DNA of 63,954 nucleotides, counting the filler, from Acidimicrobiia bacterium (lineage in GTDB: Bacteria > Actinomycetota > Acidimicrobiia > Spongiisociales > JAENVV01): assembly GCA_041577335.1 (NCBI GenBank). It is 3 parts of 3 records of this genome, joined end to end, with 100 filler letters (N's around TTAATTAATTAA, not from the genome) between each part and the next. Parts side by side here need not be neighbours in the genome. Positions count along the whole stretch, not along the records: positions 55,316 to 63,954 come from JBFGJH010000091.1; 2 more parts are not named here. One strand, written 5' to 3'. How positions within the stretch are numbered: position 1 is the first letter of the stretch; each line of letters begins with the position of its first letter. Made by a program: the position numbers and the translations under genes. The notes beneath the pieces were generated by a model. That model ran no database searches, was not told the origin of the DNA, and saw only the letters and a program-made list of their open reading frames with translations. Of this stretch, positions 56,659 through 63,954 are shown one piece after another.

Positions 56659-57303
56659 TCACCTCTCGATGTCGAGCAGGCCCCGCCGGAACGCCTCCCG
56701 CATCAGCTCAACAATGCTGTGAGCATCGAGTTTGGCCATGAGACGGGTTCGGTGTCGTTCGACGGTCTTCACCGAAATGCCAAGCTGGTTTCCGATGGCA
56801 CGGTTGGTGAGACCCTCGCCGATGAGCTGGAGCACCTCCAGCTCGCGGGGTGTCAGTTTGTCACGGCCCGCCAATGGCTCATTTGGACTTGCCGTGGTCT
56901 CCAGAATCGACGCGGATGCGACCGGGCTCAGATAGGTGGCTCCCCGGTCGGCGGCTCGGACTGCCAGGAGAAGCTCCTCCGTGACCGAGCCCTTGAGCAC
57001 ATAACCCTTGGCGCCCGCTTGCATCGATCTGCGCACGAGCGCCGGCTCGGTGTGCATCGACAACATCACCACCTCGGTCGTGAGGTCGGCTGCTCGGATC
57101 GCCTCGGTTGCCTCGATGCCATTCTGGCGGGGCATTGTCACGTCCATCACCAGGACATCTGGCACCAACGCCTGGGCGAGCTCTACAGCTTCGATCCCGT
57201 CGTTGGCTTCGCCGATCACTTCGATGTCGGCTGCCCGCTCGAGCAGGGCACGGATACCTTCTCGCACCAGGTGATGATCGTCTGCGATTGCGACACGAAT
57301 CAC
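56659..57303 (-). CDS. NarL/LuxR family response regulator
   Basis: IADDH, PDVLVMDVTMP, GAKGYVLK, LTPRELEVLQLIGEGLTNRAIG, SVKTVERH. Confidence 0.95.
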   Translation of the reverse strand: MIRVAIADDHHLVREGIRALLERAADIEVIGEANDGIEAVELAQALVPDVLVMDVTMPRQNGIEATEAIRAADLTTEVVMLSMHTEPALVRRSMQAGAKGYVLKGSVTEELLLAVRAADRGATYLSPVASASILETTASPNEPLAGRDKLTPRELEVLQLIGEGLTNRAIGNQLGISVKTVERHRTRLMAKLDAHSIVELMREAFRRGLLDIER

Positions 57304-58340
57304 TCGGTGGCCTCGATGGGGAGAATCGCCACGAGCTCGGTGCCGCGCGACGAGCTGGAGACGCCCAGTTGGCCGCCGAGGGTCTCAATGCGTTCCCGCA
57401 TGCCGGCGAGGCCCAAACCGGTGCGCCCGGGGGCCCCAACCTGTTTCACATCCATTCCCGTGCCATCGTCGGCGACGCGTACGGCGGCGTGAGTGTGACC
57501 GGCCAGTCGCATCGACACCTCGACGTGTGTGGGGTTTCCATGGATGGCGGCGTTGGTTACCGCCTCCTGCACGAACCGGTAGATACAGATCTGTTGGGCG
57601 TCGTCGAGCCCAGGGATTTCGTTGCCGGAGTAATCGATGGCAAGTTTGGTTCGGGCAGTGAACTGGTCGCAGTAGTCCTCCAACGTGTCGCTCAGCCCCA
57701 AGGCGTCCAAAGCCGGGGGGCGGAGGTCGTAGGCGAGGGTGCGGATTCGTTCCCGAGTCACATCGACAAGCTCGATCGCCTGGTCGAGGTTGGTGCGCAC
57801 GGTGTCGGTGTCGACGTCGGCCTCCTGGCGGAGCAGTTCGAGGCTGATCTTGAGGGCTGCCAGCGCTTGGCCCGCTTCGTCATGGAGCTCCCTCGACACG
57901 CGGCGGCGTTCGTCTTCCTGGGCGTCGACGACCCGTCTGGCAAGGTCATGGAGCGCCTGTTCCGCTCTCCGATGGGCAGTGACGTCGTGGCTGTAGATCC
58001 TGATGAGCTCGGTGCCGCCAAGATCGGCGTAACAAACCTTCTGCTCGAATACCGAGCCGTTGAACTCCACCTCCCGTTGACCGGAGTCTCGGCCCTCGGA
58101 CCGGAGGTCCGCCACCACATCCAGCACCCCGGCAACCAGCGGATGGTTGGCACGAAGCAGCAACTCGGGGAACCGGTTCGCAGCTTCCGGGTTGCAGTAG
58201 GTGACCCGTCCAGCCATGTCGGTCTCGATGACTGCGTTGGGATTCTGCTCGGGAAAAGTGGCGAGATGAGCAAGGCCGCCGGCAGAGACCGACGGCAGCT
58301 GGGTTGTCTCGTTCGGCGTCGTCGCCGGCTGGTCGGCCAT
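57300..58340 (-). CDS. Soluble PAS-domain histidine kinase (HisKA_3)
   Basis: FPEQNPNAVIETD..GRVTYCN (PAS); ERRRVSRELHDEAGQ, QEAVTN, DDGTG, GLGLAGMRER; start ATG 58340 follows GGGAG. Confidence 0.92.
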   Translation of the reverse strand: MADQPATTPNETTQLPSVSAGGLAHLATFPEQNPNAVIETDMAGRVTYCNPEAANRFPELLLRANHPLVAGVLDVVADLRSEGRDSGQREVEFNGSVFEQKVCYADLGGTELIRIYSHDVTAHRRAEQALHDLARRVVDAQEDERRRVSRELHDEAGQALAALKISLELLRQEADVDTDTVRTNLDQAIELVDVTRERIRTLAYDLRPPALDALGLSDTLEDYCDQFTARTKLAIDYSGNEIPGLDDAQQICIYRFVQEAVTNAAIHGNPTHVEVSMRLAGHTHAAVRVADDGTGMDVKQVGAPGRTGLGLAGMRERIETLGGQLGVSSSSRGTELVAILPIEATE

Positions 58341-58581
58341 TGCCTGAACTCCCACGGCTGCCCACGCGGACAGCCCTCCATAGGTGGTCAGGCTACCGCC
58401 GATCGCGGGAGATCGGGTCGTCTGCAGCCGGTGGGTGGTGGGGAAGAAAGCCGTCCTCATGCTCGCGGAACGGCGATCGGGATCGGCTGTTCGTCCACCC
58501 GGCCGGCTGCATGGGGCGGAGCAGGGGCAATCCGCGATGGAGAGTGCCGACGGCCGGAATGTGGTGCGTTGCAGAGACCAA

Positions 58582-59556
58582 TCAGCCCATCGCGTCGCGG
58601 ATGGTCGTGTGAATACGATCCACCGATGGGATCGCCAAGTCTTCCAGAGACTCCGCTGAGGGGAGCGGTATGTGCGGGGTGGTGATTCGCACCACAGGCC
58701 CATCGAGATTCCAGAACGCCTCGTCGGCGATGATCGACGCCAGCTCGGCTCCCCACCCGCACAGTCGCGGGTTCTCTTCAACAGTGAAGAATCGCCCGGT
58801 CTTTTCAGTAGAGCTGAGCAACGTTTGGGTGTCGAGGGGCACCAACGACCGAACATCGACGACCTCTGCCGAGATCCCGTCGCCTGCCAACCGCTCGGCG
58901 GCCTCCAGTGCGCGCGGCACCATCAGCGCCAGGGCGGCGATGGTGCAGTCGGTGCCTTCGCGGACCACCGCCGCTTTCCCCAGCTCATCCAGGATCTCGC
59001 CGTCGGGGATCTCGGCCTTTCCAGCCATCAAGGACTTGTGCTCGAACATGACCACGGGGTCGGGGTCGCGGACCGCCGCCGCCATCAATCCGATCATGTC
59101 GACCGGGGTGGAAGGGGCAACGACCTTCAAGCCGGGGATCATCATGCACCAGTTCTCGACGCTCTGGCTGTGCTGCGCCCCGAAGCGGGAGCCACCGCCA
59201 TTGGCGGTGCGCACGACCAGCGGCATCGTCATCTGGCCACCAGTCATGTAGCGAGACTTGGCGATTTCGTTGGCCAGGATGTCGAAGCACACTGCCAGGA
59301 AATCGGAGAACATGATCTCGGCGATGACGGGAGTGCCGGTCATCGCGGCGCCCATGGCCGCCCCGAGGATGGCCTGTTCCGAGATCGGGGTGTCGCGGAT
59401 GCGATCGGGCCCAAACTCTTCGACGAGTCCGACTGTGGTCTTGAAAACGCCCCCGGCGCCGGCGATGTCCTCGCCCAGCATCACCAGAGCCGGGTCGCGG
59501 CGCATTTCTTGGGCGATGCCGTAAGCCACGGCATCGCGATAGCTCAGTTCCGCCAT
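58582..59556 (-). CDS. 2-oxoacid/acetoin dehydrogenase E1 beta subunit
   Basis: LGEDI, GGVFK, DTPISE, EIMFSDF, GAQHSQS, FEHK, DVRSLVPLD. Confidence 0.93.
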   Translation of the reverse strand: MAELSYRDAVAYGIAQEMRRDPALVMLGEDIAGAGGVFKTTVGLVEEFGPDRIRDTPISEQAILGAAMGAAMTGTPVIAEIMFSDFLAVCFDILANEIAKSRYMTGGQMTMPLVVRTANGGGSRFGAQHSQSVENWCMMIPGLKVVAPSTPVDMIGLMAAAVRDPDPVVMFEHKSLMAGKAEIPDGEILDELGKAAVVREGTDCTIAALALMVPRALEAAERLAGDGISAEVVDVRSLVPLDTQTLLSSTEKTGRFFTVEENPRLCGWGAELASIIADEAFWNLDGPVVRITTPHIPLPSAESLEDLAIPSVDRIHTTIRDAMG

Positions 59557-60620
59557 GCCGAGCCTCCATCGGCCCACATGTCGGTGAAGAGGTGCTCCCC
59601 GCCGGGAGGCGCGCCCGCCTTGGCGAAGTCTGTGGCCTCGTCTACGCGGGTCGCCACGTCCTTCTGGATGGATGCCAGATCCCCCTCGGGAACGCCCAGC
59701 TCCAGTAGGCGCGAGTGATACATCGGGATTGGATCACGGTCGAGCCAGGCCTCGACCTCGCCGGCGGGACGGTACTTGCCGGGATCTGCCCGGCTGTGTC
59801 CGCCGTGCCGGTACGTCACGGCCTCCACCAACGACGGCCCATTGCCGGAGCGGGCTTTGTCGAAAGCCCGGCTCGCTTCAATGAACACCGCATCTGGGTC
59901 GTTCCCGTCGACGATGATGCTCTCCAGGCCGTAAGCAGCAGCTCGGTCGGCCGCCGGATGGGGCACCGCCGTCACCAAATCGATCGGCGTGTACTCCATA
60001 TAGAGGTTGTTCTCGCACACGAATATCACGGGGAGATTCCAGACGACGGCAAAGTTGATCGCCTCGTGGAACGCACCGATGTTGGTGGTCCCATCGCCGA
60101 AGAACGCCACGGCGACCTGATCGGTCCCTCGCATCTGAGCGGACCACGCCGCTCCGTTGGCGATGCAGAGGTGGGCGCCGATGATGGCGTAGGAGCCCAT
60201 CATGTTGTGCTCCACCGACGTGAGGTGCATCGAGCCACCCTTGCCCTTCAGGATCCCGTTCTCGCGTCCGAGCAGCTCGGCCATGACCGGGCCAAGCGGC
60301 GCTCCCCGTGCCAGCGTGTGCGCATGGCCCCGGTACGTCGCGAAGGTGTAGTCGTCGGGTTGCATCGCACTTGCGAAGCCGGTGGCGACGGCCTCCATTC
60401 CGAGTGAGAGATGGCTGGTGCCTTTCACGAGATTCTGCATGAAGAGGTCGTAGGCCCGCTTCTCGAACTGGCGGAGGACCTGCTGCATCTCGTACATGGC
60501 CACTCGCTGGTCGAGAGGTATGTCGAGGCTTGCGTTGGAGGCATCCACCGGATCGGGGAGCCGAGGGGGTCGGTCCGAATAGTCATAGAGGCCGGCGTCG
60601 CCAACGGCCTCAGTACTCAT
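59544..60620 (-). CDS. 2-oxoacid/acetoin dehydrogenase E1 alpha subunit (TPP)
   Basis: TYRGH, GKGGSMH, FFGDG...ENN TPP motif, TYRHGGHSRADP. Confidence 0.93.
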   Translation of the reverse strand: MSTEAVGDAGLYDYSDRPPRLPDPVDASNASLDIPLDQRVAMYEMQQVLRQFEKRAYDLFMQNLVKGTSHLSLGMEAVATGFASAMQPDDYTFATYRGHAHTLARGAPLGPVMAELLGRENGILKGKGGSMHLTSVEHNMMGSYAIIGAHLCIANGAAWSAQMRGTDQVAVAFFGDGTTNIGAFHEAINFAVVWNLPVIFVCENNLYMEYTPIDLVTAVPHPAADRAAAYGLESIIVDGNDPDAVFIEASRAFDKARSGNGPSLVEAVTYRHGGHSRADPGKYRPAGEVEAWLDRDPIPMYHSRLLELGVPEGDLASIQKDVATRVDEATDFAKAGAPPGGEHLFTDMWADGGSAWRN

Positions 60621-61863
60621 TGGCGACCATCAACTCTTCGCACGGGAACAACGTGGTTATCTCGGGCCCGTCTGCGGTCACCACCATCATCTCTTCGATG
60701 CGCGCCGCCGACCGGCCGTCAGCTGCAGGTGCATACGTTTCGAGAGCGAAGTACATGCCTTCTTTGATCTCGATGGGATCGTCGAGGGAATTGAGTCGCG
60801 AGATGATCGGACGCTCGTGAAGGCCGGCGCCGACGCCGTGCCCGAACTGGAGCCCGAAGGCATCCATCTCGTCCACAAACCCAAACTCTTCCGCTCTCGG
60901 CCACACCTTCGCAACCATGTCTGTCGTGACACCCGGTCTGATCAGCTCGATCGCCGCGTCCATCCACTCGCGCGATTGTTTGAAAGCATCTCGCTGAGCT
61001 TGCGTGGCCCGCCCGACGACAAAGGTCCGGTAGTAGCAGGTCCGGTAGCCGTTGTAAGCGTGGATGATGTCGAAATAGGCCGTGTCACCCGGCCGAATCA
61101 TCCTGTCCGAAAAGACATGCGGATGGGGACTGCACCGTTCTCCGGCGATCGAGTTGATCGCTTCGACGAACTCCGAGCCCATCTCGAACAATCGAGCATG
61201 GGCGAGAGCGACGATGTCGCTCTCGCGGACTCCCGGCTTGAGCGCCTCGAAGATGTCCTGGTAGACACCGTCGACCATGGCACTTGCCTGGGTGAGCAAC
61301 ATGATCTCGTCGGCGCTCTTGATCTCGCGGGCCATCATCATCGCCTGCTGTCCGTCGACGATGTCGAGTCCCTCGGCCTGTAGCGCCAGAAAGACCCCGG
61401 TTTCGGCCATGTCGACGCCGAGACGCTCGCCTTCCAAACCGTGCTCCCGCAGGGTTGCGGCGATTTCCTTGACTGCCCGGTGATGCAAGCCGGCTTCCGG
61501 GCCGATGGCTCCTTGCAGCCCGGTGTTACCGCCGATGGAGTTCTCAGTGTCGAACAGCGTCGGCAGCTGCAGTCGGTGTGCTTTGGCGGCCGAGCCGAAA
61601 TCCCAGATCTTTGGTCGTGCTTCGCGGGTCACCAGTGCCCAGCGCTCGCCTTTGTTGAACGCCCAATAGCCGATGGTGGTGCTGGTTGTGTAGCGGATGT
61701 TGGTGGTTTCGAAGAGGAGCAACGCACCGAGGTCGTGCGCTTCGAGTTGCTCCCGGACTCGCGCCAGGCGGTATTCCCTGAGCCTCGGGAAGTCGACACG
61801 ATCCTCCCAGTCGACGCTCATGACGCCGGGTGCAGGAGTTGTGGCTACCGGAAATTCACTCAT
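60610..61863 (-). CDS. M24 (pita-bread fold) family enzyme with creatinase-type N-domain and atypical metal site
   Basis: NIRY, AREIKSADEI, FDIIH, GYRTCYYRT, GHGVG..LHERP, ALETY, RIEE. Confidence 0.85.
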   Translation of the reverse strand: MSEFPVATTPAPGVMSVDWEDRVDFPRLREYRLARVREQLEAHDLGALLLFETTNIRYTTSTTIGYWAFNKGERWALVTREARPKIWDFGSAAKAHRLQLPTLFDTENSIGGNTGLQGAIGPEAGLHHRAVKEIAATLREHGLEGERLGVDMAETGVFLALQAEGLDIVDGQQAMMMAREIKSADEIMLLTQASAMVDGVYQDIFEALKPGVRESDIVALAHARLFEMGSEFVEAINSIAGERCSPHPHVFSDRMIRPGDTAYFDIIHAYNGYRTCYYRTFVVGRATQAQRDAFKQSREWMDAAIELIRPGVTTDMVAKVWPRAEEFGFVDEMDAFGLQFGHGVGAGLHERPIISRLNSLDDPIEIKEGMYFALETYAPAADGRSAARIEEMMVVTADGPEITTLFPCEELMVANEY

Positions 61864-61887
61864 GACGAGACCCTTCTCTACCCGCGA

Positions 61888-61901
61888 TGCAAACGTTTGA
61901 A
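61888..61901. promoter_or_regulatory. LacI-type operator
   Basis: TGCAAACGTTTGAA, about 25 nt upstream of the M24 start. Confidence 0.65.
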
Positions 61902-62271
61902 TTGTGGACCCTGAGGCGTTCCCTGTCAACTTGGGTCGCTCTCGCCCGAGAACTCGATTCTCGGTGCGTGGAGCTGTGGGTCAACGCATCGTCGGGCTTG
62001 AGCCGTCGAGCCAGTCGGCTTCGAAGATCGTGCCGCGGGCAGCAGAAGGGATTGGGGGCTGAGCTTCGATCCACCGCCCCAGGGCTCGGCCGAGTCCGCC
62101 GCCTGATGCACCATCCGATTCTGAGCGCGATGCCGGCGCCCGGCTCCTGCACCCGCTAGGGGTTGTGGTAGCTGGTCAGTTCGGCGTGAGCCGACGCGAA
62201 TCGCAACGCCTCCTTGTTCACTGCTTCTCTCCGAGGATGGGCCGACCTGTCGGCGCCGCGTCCAGTCGCGC

Positions 62272-62285
62272 GACAAACGTTTGCC
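62272..62285. promoter_or_regulatory. LacI-type operator (second copy)
   Basis: GACAAACGTTTGCC, with the same CAAACGTTTG core, about 60 nt upstream of the divergent dehydrogenase. Confidence 0.65.
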
Positions 62286-62344
62286 ACGCAGGCAACGTGG
62301 TGTGATGATGAGCGGAAGGAGCACTCCTGGAGAAAGGATCTGCC

Positions 62345-63226
62345 ATGGCGACAGAATTGTCAGTAGCGGTCGTCGGCCTGGGCACGATGGGGTCGACGAT
62401 GGCACGGACCCTGGCCAGTGCCGGCTTCGCTCCGGTGTTGTGGAACCGGACGCCCTCAGCTGCATCCGCCCTTGCTGCCGAACTCGGTCTGGGCGCCGCA
62501 GCCAGCCCTCGCGAAGCGGCTGCGGGAGCCGATGTGGTCGTCACGAGCCTCGCCGATGATGCTGCCGTGCGCGCCGTCTACCTCGATCCCGAGGACGGGG
62601 TCGTCGCCGGGGTTCGCCCCGGAGCGGTTGCAGTGGACACGTCGACTGTCGATCCGCAGACGACAGAGGAAGTGGCGAGGGCTTTCTCGATCACCGGTGC
62701 GTCGTTCCTAGATGCTCCCGTTTCGGGAAGCGTCACATTGGTGGAAGCAGGTGCGCTGACCACGATGGTGGGAGGTGATGCTGAGGCGCTCGAGCAGGCC
62801 CGCCCGGTGCTCGACGCGCTGTCGAAGACGATTTATCACATGGGCGCCAACGGCACCGGGTCGACGATCAAGCTTGCCGTGAATGCGTTGATCCATGCCA
62901 CGAATACTGCAATCGCGGAGGCTTTGGTGCTCGCCGAAGCGGCGGGCGTCGAGCGGGGTCTTGCGTACGAGGTCTTCGGAGCGGGTGCCGGCGGCTCGCC
63001 GTTCCTGCACTACAAGCAGGCGGCTTTCCTAGACCCGGATGCTGCGCCTGTCGCTTTCAGCCTCGACCTTGTCGCCAAAGACCTGCGGCTGATTCTTGCG
63101 CTCGCCGACCGGGTCCGAGTGCCGATGCAGCAGGGCCTCACCAACCTCGCAGTGACAGAGTCGGCGATAGCCGCCGGTCTCGGCAATCGAGACATGAGCG
63201 CCATCGCCGCACATCTGCGTAGGTGA
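62345..63226 (+). CDS. NAD(P)-dependent beta-hydroxyacid dehydrogenase (3-hydroxyisobutyrate DH family)
   Basis: VGLGTMG, WNRT, VDTSTV, FLDAPVSGS, MVGGD, IKLAVN, FSLDLVAKDL. Confidence 0.92.
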   Translation: MATELSVAVVGLGTMGSTMARTLASAGFAPVLWNRTPSAASALAAELGLGAAASPREAAAGADVVVTSLADDAAVRAVYLDPEDGVVAGVRPGAVAVDTSTVDPQTTEEVARAFSITGASFLDAPVSGSVTLVEAGALTTMVGGDAEALEQARPVLDALSKTIYHMGANGTGSTIKLAVNALIHATNTAIAEALVLAEAAGVERGLAYEVFGAGAGGSPFLHYKQAAFLDPDAAPVAFSLDLVAKDLRLILALADRVRVPMQQGLTNLAVTESAIAAGLGNRDMSAIAAHLRR

Positions 63227-63245
63227 GAGATCGAGAGGAGATAGG

Positions 63246-63954
63246 GTGAGCCACATCCACGACGTGGCGATCATCGGTGCTGGAATCGTCGGGCTGGCCA
63301 CCGCTCGGGCGCTGGCCGAGCAACTCCGCGGCATCGATCTGGTGGTGGTGGACAAGGAGCCGCAGGTTGCGATGCACCAGACGGGCCACAACAGTGGCGT
63401 TCTGCACTCGGGCCTCTATTACCGGCCCGGGTCGCTGAAAGCGCGCCTCTGCGTCGATGGCCAGCGCCGTATGGGCGAGTTCTGCGAGGCGCACGACATT
63501 CCTCTACGACGGTCGGGCAAGGTGGTCGTGGCAGTCGAGGCTGCCGAAATAGCGAGGCTCGACGAGTTGGAACGGCGCGGCCACGCCAACGGTTTGCGCG
63601 ATCTGATGCGGCTCGATCCGTCGGAGCTTCGCGAGCTCGAACCGCACGTGACGGGCGTCGCAGCTCTGCATGTGCCGGAGTCCGGGGTCACCGACTTCGG
63701 CTTGGTGGCCGACGCCATGGCCAAATCACTGCCTGCCACGATTCGACTCGGCTCGGCCGTGGAAGGGATCGTGGCGAAGGGAGAGGTGACAACGCTGATC
63801 ACCAGCACGGGTTCGGTTGCGGCCCGGCTGGTCGTCAATTGTGCCGGTTTGCACGCCGATCGTGTGGCGGTGATGGCCGGTGTCGACCCCCCGGCGAGGA
63901 TCGTCCCGTTTCGCGGGGAGTACTTCGTTCTCTCGGAGTCGGCGCATCAGCTCG
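63246..63954 (+). CDS. lhgO: L-2-hydroxyglutarate oxidase-like FAD enzyme (runs off the window)
   Basis: Not in the ORF track. Manual translation from GTG 63246 gives MSHIHDVAIIGAGIVGLATA...HQTGHNSGVLHSGLYYRPGSLKARLC...NCAGLHAD...IVPFRGEY. Confidence 0.88.
   Translation, partial: MSHIHDVAIIGAGIVGLATARALAEQLRGIDLVVVDKEPQVAMHQTGHNSGVLHSGLYYRPGSLKARLCVDGQRRMGEFCEAHDIPLRRSGKVVVAVEAAEIARLDELERRGHANGLRDLMRLDPSELRELEPHVTGVAALHVPESGVTDFGLVADAMAKSLPATIRLGSAVEGIVAKGEVTTLITSTGSVAARLVVNCAGLHADRVAVMAGVDPPARIVPFRGEYFVLSESAHQL

Noticed and set aside
60610..61863. Calling this dddP (DMSP lyase)
   Set aside because: The Asp ligands recalled for DddP are not all conserved and the context gives no DMSP/acrylate genes.

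Overview
High-GC bacterial DNA (GC estimated by eye, not computed), most consistent with an Acidimicrobiia-type actinobacterium. That is an inference from the Thr-rich lipoproteins, the Cys-looped SLH repeats, an F420-type LLM enzyme and many leaderless genes. The window joins three contigs with artificial N/TTAATTAATTAA spacers (28582-28681 and 55216-55315), so adjacency across those points means nothing. Contig 1 holds a reductive pyrimidine catabolic cluster with an LLM/F420-type oxidoreductase but no PreT/PreA, a REP-like inverted-repeat insertion, tetR-acyl-CoA dehydrogenase-mocA, a form I aerobic CO dehydrogenase (coxMSL plus xdhC-YHS), hupE/ureJ, and a PEP-utiliser dikinase coupled to a divergent PlsY. 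Contig 2 holds metY, a molybdopterin oxidoreductase, a GT2-pyruvyltransferase fusion, a small ORF behind a Rex/CRP-like box, GH42, an orphan kinase with a cupredoxin, a maltodextrin ABC/GH13/GH57 cluster, sqr-tusE-dsrE2 and a partial SLH protein. Contig 3 holds a two-component system upstream of a twin-HxxEH membrane protein, and a divergent catabolic locus with LacI-like boxes (atypical M24 enzyme, E1 alpha/beta without E2, beta-hydroxyacid dehydrogenase, lhgO). The best candidates for undescribed systems are the dikinase with His-less PlsY pair, the possible F420-dependent pyrimidine reduction, the M24/E1 locus and the HxxEH operon. No rRNA, tRNA, CRISPR or transposase was recognised. All family calls come from motif recognition, not database searches.
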